A stretch of 64,000 nucleotides of DNA from the NCBI GenBank assembly GCA_009781185.1, contig WQYP01000002.1, positions 6,873-70,872 of the forward strand. The letters run 5' to 3'. Source of the stretch: Phycisphaerales bacterium (GTDB taxonomy: Bacteria; Planctomycetota; Phycisphaerae; WQYP01). The position numbers and the translations under genes were made by a program. A model generated the notes under the pieces. The model saw nothing but the letters and a program-made list of their open reading frames with translations, ran no database searches and was not told the DNA's origin. This document shows positions 55,690 to 64,000 of the stretch, piece by piece. Each line of letters opens with the position of its first letter. Positions within the stretch are counted from its first letter, which is position 1.

Positions 55690-57555
55690 ATGGCACGCAA
55701 TTTCTCTCGCACGAAACAACTGGATCGTACCTTTGCCTTGCGGGGAAAAACGAGCGGGCGGGGTGCTCCTCTGGCTCGTCGTACGCTGGGTCTGCTGGTT
55801 CTGGCCTGCGCGGCGGTGGGACTGGGCGCCTGCAGCGAGAATGTCCAGAAAGTTGCTTTGGGTTATATCAACCCTCGCAACAGCCTGCTCAATCCCTCGG
55901 AGGTCGGTCGCTTTGACAAGGACAATCCCTGGCACGGGGCTCAGTGGGGCACGGTTCGCCCCGTGAAATGGCCGATCCTCGATTCGCTGGATTTGATTGA
56001 TCAGCCGGCCGATCAGTGGGCCGCGGCTACGGATCCCACGCCGGCCGATCTCGTGCCAGACCGCCGCGAATTCACCATCGCGGCCAACGATGCGATACGC
56101 ATCACCATCTTCGGCCTGCTGCAGCCGGAACAGGAATTCACCCGCGACATGGCGGTCAATCAGACCGGCACCGTCACCCTTCCGTACCTGGGCATCGTTG
56201 ACCTCAGCGGCCTGACGCCCACACAAGCTCAGGAAAAACTCAAACAAGTCGCCATCGACAAACGCGTGCTGCCCGAAGCAGGTAACGGTAACCCCGGCCC
56301 GCAGGTCAGCGTTTCGATCATTCAAAGTCAAACAAGAAACTTCTCGGTCATCGGACAGGTGCAACGCGCAGGCGTCTACGGCCTCTTCACCTCCGACCTT
56401 CGCCTGCTCTCGGCACTTTCCCAGGCCGGCGATTTCCTCGGCGGCGCTCAGCCCGGGCTCGATTATATCTACGTGATCCGGTCCACCGAGACACAGCCCA
56501 CAGTGCCCGCCCAGACTCCCAGCACCTCCGTAACCCCCACGACCGGCACCGCTCCCGCACGCAACCCGCTGGACACGATTGAATCCATCGAAAGAGGGAC
56601 CGTTCCGGAGACCAAGCCGGCGCCGACGCCCGCTCCGGGAGCGTTCCCGGCGAACTCTGGGGCGACGGGGGAGCCGCAGTTGATCCGTCCGTTGCCCACG
56701 GCAGTCTCAATGTCGAACGGTCATGCGATTGTGTTGGCACAGGCCGACCTTGATGCGGCGCTTTCCACGCCCGCCGGAGCCGCGGCTACGACTGCTCCGA
56801 TGCCCAAGTCTCCCACCTCCGCGCCTGCCGAAGATTTGCTCAATCAGGCCATGGGCACTCCGACGACCACGCGCCCCGGCCAATATGTGTGGATCGGGGA
56901 CAAGTGGGTGTTGCTGTCCGGGGCTGCCACTCAGCCTGGGACAACCAGCCAACCTGCGCCGGCTCCCGGCGTTGCGTCCACGCCTGCCGCTCCTCCTCCC
57001 CCGATGCCTCCTGGAATTCCGGTGCCTCCGGTTGGTTCAACGGTCTCGCCTCCTTCGGACGTTTATTCCGCGATTGAAAGTCTGACCACGCAGCGCGTCA
57101 TTCGCATCCCTGTGGCACAGCTTCGCGCGGGTGAAGCTCGCTACAACATCATCATTCGGCCCGGTGACGTGATTAACGTTCCAACGATCGAACCGGGCGA
57201 GTTTTACATGATGGGCCACGTGAATCGTCCGGGGTCTTACAGTCTTACCGGCCGGAAGATCACGCTCCGCCAAGCCATCGCCGCTGCCGGGAATTTGGAC
57301 TCACTGGCGATTCCACGACGCTGCGAATTGATCCGACGCATCGGTACCAATCAGGAAGCTATCGTACAGGTCAACCTTCAGTCCATTTTCGACGGCGAAC
57401 AGGCGGATATCTTCCTGAAGCCTTACGACGTCGTGAATGTAGGCACCGATGCGATCGCACCGTTCCTGGCTGTGACTCGAAACGCTTATCGTTTGAGTTA
57501 CGGCTTCGGCTTCGTGTTCGACCGCAACTACGCGTATAGCACCAGAAACCAGTAA
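55690..57555 (+). CDS. Outer-membrane polysaccharide export lipoprotein (Wza/EpsA-like: Poly_export plus SLBB domains) with a long Pro/Thr/Ala-rich linker.
   Basis: Lipobox LLVLACAAVGLGAC. Poly_export-like EFTIAANDAIRITIFGLL...TVTLPYLGIVDLSGLTPTQAQEKLKQ. SLBB-like YNIIIRPGDVINVP...GEFYMMGHVNRPGSYSL. Confidence 0.75.
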   Translation: MARNFSRTKQLDRTFALRGKTSGRGAPLARRTLGLLVLACAAVGLGACSENVQKVALGYINPRNSLLNPSEVGRFDKDNPWHGAQWGTVRPVKWPILDSLDLIDQPADQWAAATDPTPADLVPDRREFTIAANDAIRITIFGLLQPEQEFTRDMAVNQTGTVTLPYLGIVDLSGLTPTQAQEKLKQVAIDKRVLPEAGNGNPGPQVSVSIIQSQTRNFSVIGQVQRAGVYGLFTSDLRLLSALSQAGDFLGGAQPGLDYIYVIRSTETQPTVPAQTPSTSVTPTTGTAPARNPLDTIESIERGTVPETKPAPTPAPGAFPANSGATGEPQLIRPLPTAVSMSNGHAIVLAQADLDAALSTPAGAAATTAPMPKSPTSAPAEDLLNQAMGTPTTTRPGQYVWIGDKWVLLSGAATQPGTTSQPAPAPGVASTPAAPPPPMPPGIPVPPVGSTVSPPSDVYSAIESLTTQRVIRIPVAQLRAGEARYNIIIRPGDVINVPTIEPGEFYMMGHVNRPGSYSLTGRKITLRQAIAAAGNLDSLAIPRRCELIRRIGTNQEAIVQVNLQSIFDGEQADIFLKPYDVVNVGTDAIAPFLAVTRNAYRLSYGFGFVFDRNYAYSTRNQ

Positions 57556-57780
57556 CAAAAACTTGGTCTGAGATTGCTCAGCGAACATGTGCTCGCGTTG
57601 ACGCGGGGAGAAGGAATTGCTTGGTGCATTTATTTTTGCGGAATATCGTGTAGGACGATTTCCAACAGGCACTTGTGGCTGCTATGATCCGTTTATTACC
57701 GAGCGACTCGCAGGCAGGATCGCGTTGGCGAAAATGGTGCCGCCGCCCATCCGGCGGGCGGCTGCTATCGTAGGAACCTT

Positions 57781-58875
57781 TTGACCTTAGCGAATCCTAA
57801 TGCCCTGTTTGTCCGATCAATACAGGAGAAATCCGATAGTCTTGAAAGCGTGATGGCAGCTAATTCCGACAATCTCTCCTCCCCTCCCCCCGCGACGTCC
57901 AATGCGTCCGTCGGCAAGCCTCGCAGGTATCGCTATTCCGACGCACCGGTATCGCCGGGCCTTGGCGCATCCGCGGCGTCCGCCGGCAGTCTCTCCCTCC
58001 CGGCAACCGCGGCCGTGGACGCTCTCCCGCTCAACTGGTCCTTTATTGGACTGGCAATCGCATTCGTGGGCGTTTGTTTTCTCTGTTTGTATCCGTATGA
58101 ATTTTTGGGCTTGCTGATCCGCTGGTATTCTGACTCAGGCTGGAGCCACGGGTTTGTCGTGCCGCTGATCAGCGCATTTTTCATCAGTCTCAAGTGGGAC
58201 AAGCTTCGCCAGCTCACGCCTCGGTTTTCGCTCGCTGGGCTGTTCGTGCTGCTTCTGGGCATTGTGGGGCAGGTTTGCTTCCGTGCCACCGGCACCGATC
58301 ACATGTCCAACCTGAGCATGCTCGTGGTGCTCCTGGGCGGATCGCTGTTCATCCTCGGCTGGGAATTCATGAAGGTCCTCTGGCTGCCGATCGGATTCCT
58401 GGCCTGTGCGATTCCGTTTCCGATGCCCATTTACGTCGCTCTCACGACGAAACTGCAGATCATTGCCGCGGAGGTCGGGCTGTTCATTCTCACGATCACC
58501 GGGGTGGATGCCCAGCTCAGTGGCACGATCATCAATGTTTACCGCAATGGAACGGTCTGCCCGTTAAACGTGGAACTGGCCTGCAGCGGCATGAAAATGC
58601 TGGTGGCATTCTTCGCTTTGGCCATCGCTCTGGCGTATTCCACCAACCGTCCGATTTGGCAGAAACTTTTCCTGGCGATCTGTGCGCTGCCGATCGCGAT
58701 CCTGTGTAACGCCATGCGAGTGGCCTTCACGGCGCTGCTGGTCGCGCATTGGGGCGAGCAATGGGCCAAGGGCAGTGCACACGCGTACTTCGGCTTGCTG
58801 ATGCTGGTGCCGGCGATGTTCCTGCAACTCGGCGTGGCATGGGTATTGGACAAGATATTTGTGGAAGCAAAATGA
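57781..58875 (+). CDS. Exosortase (EpsH/XrtA-like) with a ~100-aa N-terminal cytoplasmic extension.
   Basis: Conserved exosortase motifs SHGFVVPLIS, ELACSGMKML (catalytic Cys) and CNAMRVAF (Arg), in 8 TM helices. An alternative start is at MAANSD (57853). Confidence 0.8.
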   Translation: MTLANPNALFVRSIQEKSDSLESVMAANSDNLSSPPPATSNASVGKPRRYRYSDAPVSPGLGASAASAGSLSLPATAAVDALPLNWSFIGLAIAFVGVCFLCLYPYEFLGLLIRWYSDSGWSHGFVVPLISAFFISLKWDKLRQLTPRFSLAGLFVLLLGIVGQVCFRATGTDHMSNLSMLVVLLGGSLFILGWEFMKVLWLPIGFLACAIPFPMPIYVALTTKLQIIAAEVGLFILTITGVDAQLSGTIINVYRNGTVCPLNVELACSGMKMLVAFFALAIALAYSTNRPIWQKLFLAICALPIAILCNAMRVAFTALLVAHWGEQWAKGSAHAYFGLLMLVPAMFLQLGVAWVLDKIFVEAK

Positions 58876-59770
58876 ATTTCGAGTTTCGAATTTCGAGTTG
58901 CGAGTTGAGCGCAGTGGGAGGCGTTGGGTGAGCCAGCCGGTATCGCCATCTTCTGCCAGTGCGTCGGCGTATGCCGCGATTTCGTGGCAGGCCACGATTC
59001 GCGCCGTGATCGCTGGCGTGCTGATTATCGCGGGCATTCTTGCCCTGCACGTCTTGCAGACCAGATGGCAGTTGACGTTTACCAAGGTCCCCATGCCGTT
59101 GCCGCAGCAGACGTTGGCTGTTCTGAGCCGCCATCTTGCCGCCGGGCGTTACGTCGCGGAAGGCGCAGACCAGATTCTCGACGAGGCCGAAGTGGAAACC
59201 CTGAGCACCAACGATTACCTGATCCGCGGCTACCGCGACAGCCAGAAGAACTCGGGCGATCCCACGCGGCTTCTCAGTCTCAATATGAACTATTACGGCA
59301 CCGGCGGCGCTACGCCGCACGTGCCGGAAATCTGCTGGGCCGGCGTCGGAATGCAGGAGGCCAGCAATTCCCGCGTCACATTCGACATTCCCAACGTCCG
59401 CCGCAAGGACGGCAGCGTGGTCACGCTTCGCGCCCGCATGATCAGTTTCGTGCCGCCCGGCGAAACGGAAGACCCCAAGAAACTCAAAAACGTCGCGTAT
59501 TTATTCAACGTCAACGGCCATTACGTCGCGACCGCCAAAGAGGTCATCAGCGCCTTCTGGAAAGCCTCCAACAAGTACGCCTTCAACACCAAGATCGAGG
59601 TAACCGTCGGCGGCCCAGGCGATTTTTGTTCCCAACAGCAGGCCCAGGAGGCGATTGCCGATTTCCTCCGAGGGACCATCAATCACATTGAGGATGTCCT
59701 GCCAAGTCCCGACTCCGATCCGGCCCAGAACAGCGCCGGCCAGGCGGCGGCCATGGACATCGCACATTAG
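58859..59770 (+). CDS. EpsI-family exosortase-associated protein.
   Basis: TM anchor plus periplasmic domain with HVPEICW and the NDYLIRGYRD...LLSLNMNYYG pattern typical of EpsI. The ATG at 58859 overlaps the exosortase stop and a 7-mer repeat; the in-frame GTG at ~58928 is an alternative start. Confidence 0.7.
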   Translation: MWKQNEFRVSNFELRVERSGRRWVSQPVSPSSASASAYAAISWQATIRAVIAGVLIIAGILALHVLQTRWQLTFTKVPMPLPQQTLAVLSRHLAAGRYVAEGADQILDEAEVETLSTNDYLIRGYRDSQKNSGDPTRLLSLNMNYYGTGGATPHVPEICWAGVGMQEASNSRVTFDIPNVRRKDGSVVTLRARMISFVPPGETEDPKKLKNVAYLFNVNGHYVATAKEVISAFWKASNKYAFNTKIEVTVGGPGDFCSQQQAQEAIADFLRGTINHIEDVLPSPDSDPAQNSAGQAAAMDIAH

Positions 59771-59778
59771 AGAGGTTT

Positions 59779-62700
59779 TATGGCACGTCAAGTTAATACG
59801 CGTTTTGTCGTTATCCTGGGCGGCGGCTTGTGCCTGGGCATCGCGGTCGTGGTGACTGTCTTCCTCTACATGCGCTATGTCGACAGGGACCCTGTGCGCA
59901 ACAAGGAACTCGCGGTTGAGGCCGAGCAGAAGGGCAACTTGAAAGAGGCTCTTCGCCTTTACGAGAAGGCCGCCAATCGCCTGGCCCAGACCCGCAGCCT
60001 CGGCGCCGATGCGCTGTGCACCAAGGTTGGCGATATGGCCATGGCCATGTCCGCCACCTCCGATGTCCTCGATGCAGAGGCTCTCTACGCCAAGGCACTG
60101 GGCTACTGGAATCTCGCCCGCCAACAGAATCCTCGCTACCTGTCGGCCCAGGAAAAACTCGTCGAGGAATATTACAAAAACGCGATGTTCTATCGCCAAC
60201 CTACCGCCTGGACAAGACTCGCTGACGAAGCCAAGAACCTCACCGAAGTGGACCCGGGCTACACCAACGGTTACACCTACCTGGCCCTGGCCAAGCTGAG
60301 GCTGGCTGAATCGGCCAGCGGCAAGCAGCAATTCGATCCCGCCTCCCTGACGGAAGTGGAAGATCTTATTAAAACAGCCAAGGAAAAGGATCCCACCTCG
60401 AAGCCTGTGGTGCTGGAGGCTCAGTTGCTGGATCTCAAGGCCAGAATTGCCACTCAGGCCAGCATGCCCAAGGATGCCAAGACATTCAATGACGCAGCCG
60501 TGAAGGTGCTTGTCGATTGTCTGGCGAAATACCCAAATGACTCCGAAGCCGCGGACTGTCTCGCCCGGATCTACCTGAGGCAACGTCAACTGACCGAGGC
60601 GGTCAAGCTGTTGGCCGAGACGCTTCAAGCGAATCCCGGTGACAGCCGCCTGAGTGATTTGCTTGCCAACATTTACCAGGGCTTGAACCAGCCCGACAAG
60701 GCCGAGGAGGTCCTCAAGAAAATCGTCGCGGCCAACCCGACCAATCCCGATGTTTACTTGCGCCTTGGCTCGTTCTACCAGCAGCAGCAAAGGACCGTTG
60801 AAGCCATCGAGGCGTTCAAGCAGGTGTTGGCCCATCCCGACCAGGGCGGCGGAATCATCGTCATGCAGAATCGTATTCGAGAGGACACCGCGACGTTCAC
60901 CATCTCATGGCTGTACATGGACGCCGCCGAACGCGCCAAGGGCGGCATCACCAGCACCGAAGGCGCCGACTTCATCGCACAGTCGGAACAATATGCCGGC
61001 AAGCTCCGCGCCAACGCCCAGTCCGACCGCAACATGCTCGAATTGCTCGACGGGCGTATGCAACTCCTGAAGAACAATCTCGACGAGGCGCTCAAGTACC
61101 TCAAGCGAGCCAACGCATGGTATGATAGTCGGCCGCCAGGCTCCCCCGAATGGCGGTATACCAAGAGTCTCATGGCCCTGGCCTTCAACCGCAAGCGCGA
61201 ATGGGGCCTGGAACAGCAGTATCTCGATGAGTATCTGAAACTCTTTCCGCGTCAACCGATGTTTCTGATACGGAAGGGCCGGAACCTGGCCCAGGTGGCG
61301 CAGTACGACGCCGCCCTGACAACCGTTGATAGCCTGCTTCACCCCAAGAACGGTGAGGAACGTTACCCGCCCGCCATCGTTCTGGAGGCCAAGAAAGTCG
61401 CCGCCATTGCACAGCGTGGCCTGGGCAACATAGATGCATACAAGCAGATCATGGACGAAGTCGCTCGCGAGTCCGGCACGGCTGATGCCGGCATTGCCCT
61501 GGCAAACGGGTTCATAGCCATCGGCGACCTCGAAAGAGCCATGGACGAGGTCAACAAGGTCTTGGCCCAGTATCCGGACAACGAAAGCGCCATGTTCTTA
61601 GGCGTGATGATCCGCCTGCGGCAGGGGCCCGAACACAAAGAGGAAGCCGCTGCGCTGCTCAAGACCGCCTTGGAGAAATATCCCAAGAGCGCCCAGTTCC
61701 AGTTCCTCAATGGGCGGATGAAAAGCTCTCAGACCGATCCGATGAAATTGCAGCTCGACGCCGCGCAGTTTATCACCGATGCTTACGCGAAGAACATTTT
61801 TTTGGCGCAGGTTTACATCAGCAATAACGATCGCATCAGTGCGTTGGACGCTTTCTCCAAGGCTGCCGTTGCGTTGGAACAGCTCGGCGTTGATGAATCT
61901 CGTGACAAGTTGGCGAGCCTGAACGACCAGGCATTTGCGTTAGCGCTGACGGCGATGTCGGAAGGTCGCCGTCTGTCGGAGAACGCCGATAAAGCCGCGG
62001 CCATCGCCGCGACTCCAGCCGACAAGGCCGCCGCTCTGAACGACAAAGCAAAAGCCGACGAACTCGCCAAGAAGGGCCTGGAGCAGGCTCAGCTTTACGT
62101 GCAAAAGGCCGACAGGCTGAACCTCGACGGCGTCAACGGCAAGATCTACCAGGGGCGTCTGCTTTTTATTCAGGCCGCCTCACGTCCCCAGGGGCTGGCG
62201 CTCCTTGAGCAGGCCGTCGCACAGCAGCCGGATAACACCATTGCCCACACGGTTCTGGGCGGCGCGTATGTTGATGTTGGGCGTTTCGATGACGCGCTCA
62301 ATGAATTCCAGACCGCCATCAACCAGAAGCCCGACAATCTCTTTGCGCTCATCAGCGCCATTGAGCTGCTGGTCCGCAAGGGCGACATGACCAGCATCGA
62401 GCGCGCCAAGAGTTACCTCCGCAGTGCCATGCAATTCTCCCGGAACAATCCGCAGCTTGCGCGATACAACGACCTCATCGGCAACGTCGGCGAAGCCATC
62501 CGAACGCGAGAAGCACGTCGCCAGCGCACTCCCGAGGATGACGACAACACCCTTCGTCTGGCCAGTCTCTACGAACGCCGCGCTCGCGATGCGGGCATCC
62601 AGACGGCGGGCGGGCAGGCTGATCTTACCAAAGCCGTCGAACTGCTTCGCACGTTGTTTGACAAAAAGAAGGACAATCTCCTCGTGGGCAATTACCTTGC

Positions 62701-64000
62701 CCGCCTCTACCAGGATTTGAAAAAATACGAAAATGGCAAGGGAATCTACGAAACGCTCCTGACCAACAGCGATCCGCTGCTTCACTACGACACGTTGATC
62801 GCCTACGGCGATTATTGTGTCTCCCTTGGCCTGGTTCAAAACGCGCTGTCGCTCTATCGAGAAGCCGCGCTGCAGGAGCCCGCGGGACGAGAAGGCGGCT
62901 GGACCCGCATCGCGGATCTGCTCTTTGATCTCGACGACATGGTCGGCGCCGAGACGGTTTACCGCCAATGTCTTGAAAAAAAGCCGGATCTCCGCGTACA
63001 GTTGCGACTGGCCAGGGTCTTTATCAACCTGCGGAAATTCGATCTCGCTCAGACGCAGATCGACGAGATTCTCAAGGCCAATCCCAAGAATCTCGACGCC
63101 CGCATTCTGGCGGCCTATTCCCTCGTCGTGCAGTCGAAACTCTCCCAGGGCATCAATGCCTTCAACGTGATCCTCAAAGACCAGCCCGACAACTTCGACG
63201 CGATGTACTATCGCGCCCTGGCCCAATACGTCAACCGGAGCGACCTCAAGCTGGCCATCGACGACCTGATAACCATTCGCAGCAAGAGCACCGAGCTCCT
63301 TCGGGCCGGCAAAGGCATGCTCCTGATCAACAGCCGGCTCCTCCTGGCACGCATTCAGCGTATCAGCGGCAAGTACGCCGAGGCCGCCGATGAGTACCAG
63401 GACATCATCAAGAACCTCGCCTTCAATGCCCCGGCCACGCGGATCGAGTACGCTCGCTTCCTGCTGGTGCTCGCCGACGCTTTCTATCGCCTTCGTCCGG
63501 AAAATACGGATGCATTCGCCCAGAATATCCGCGTCGTCAGGCCCGTCGAACGGATGATCGAGTTGCTCAAGGATTCGCAGGAGAAACTCCCCGGCCAACC
63601 CATATGGTTCGCCTTGCAAGGACAACTCTTGAGTCTCGATCCCACCCAGACCGCCCAGGCTCAGAAATGCTTCGCGGATGCTTTTCAGCTTTCCCAGGCG
63701 CCGGAAATCGCAACCCTCTACCTGAACTCGCTGCTGGTCGCCAAGGATTATCAGAAGGTGATCGACATCGCTTCGGTTTTGATTGCCAATCCGCCCAAGG
63801 GCGCCTCGCCTTCTGGCGAATACTACATTAAGCGGGGCATCGCCTACGGCAACGCGGGCAAGCCAGGTGAATCGCTCGCCGACTTCCGGCAGGCTCTCTC
63901 CATGGCCTCACAAGACATCAACTTGTATATGATCGTCGCGCGGCAAGGTCTTGCCGTGCTCAAGGACGCCATGGCTGCTGAGCTTCAGGCTCGCATCGCG
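59779..64000 (+). CDS. Large TPR-repeat protein, the PEP-CTERM system TPR lipoprotein (PrsT-like). Partial because it runs off the window end.
   Basis: N-terminal TM/signal MARQVNTRFVVILGGGLCLGIAVVVTVF followed by >1400 aa of TPR-like helical repeats. It sits immediately downstream of exosortase and EpsI, as PrsT does in EPS loci. Confidence 0.7.

Overview
High-GC (~62-65%) bacterial chromosome segment, probably Planctomycetota. The evidence is several large secreted proteins carrying the N-terminal 'LE(S/Q)(L/F)E.R.(L/F)LS' motif, multiple formylglycine-type sulfatases, and a PEP-CTERM/exosortase system. The six-frame ORF track omits genes that run off the window edges, and high GC generates many long spurious antisense ORFs.

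Gene content, in order along the window:
- A partial minus-strand solute-binding protein gene at the left edge.
- A PEP-CTERM protein, the presumed exosortase substrate.
- A small membrane protein interrupted by an in-frame TAG, with an ArsR-like regulator, then dgkA.
- An exopolysaccharide (EPS) biosynthesis block at 5.9-17.6 kb: priming sugar transferase, Wzc-like BY-kinase, nucleotidyltransferase, Wzy-like polymerase, four glycosyltransferases and an acetyltransferase.
- Two sulfatases.
- Two divergently transcribed giant secreted proteins, one ending in a calpain-like cysteine-protease domain and one carrying an FKBP domain plus Ig-like repeats.
- speA, a PilZ protein, an M50 protease, gpmI, an MFS/GPH transporter, a transglutaminase-like secreted protein, a URO-D-like protein and a YlbF-like protein.
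- Three tandem ~930-aa paralogous secreted beta-propeller/FN3/CBM-like proteins around an AraC/XylR-type regulator.
- gap and a SulP transporter.
- A second EPS/exosortase block at 54.7-64 kb: NeuD-like acetyltransferase, Wza-like exporter, exosortase, EpsI, and a PrsT-like TPR protein that is partial at the right edge.

The unusual aspect is the non-coding architecture. Several families of short palindromic and tandem repeats are recurrent:
- A REP-like 'CAGAGCCGCAATCGTAAG' palindrome.
- 'CCTTGCG-N6-CGCAAGG' hairpins.
- A G/C-rich hairpin that also sits inside a CDS.
- Arrays of 8-mer 'CGTTAART' units at EPS promoters.
- Inverted blocks of 7-mer tandem units at convergent gene junctions.
- A 53-bp element upstream of two unrelated genes.
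- Homopolymeric G/C tracts of 9-11 nt inside CDSs that stay in frame.

No tRNA, rRNA, CRISPR or obvious mobile-element genes were seen.
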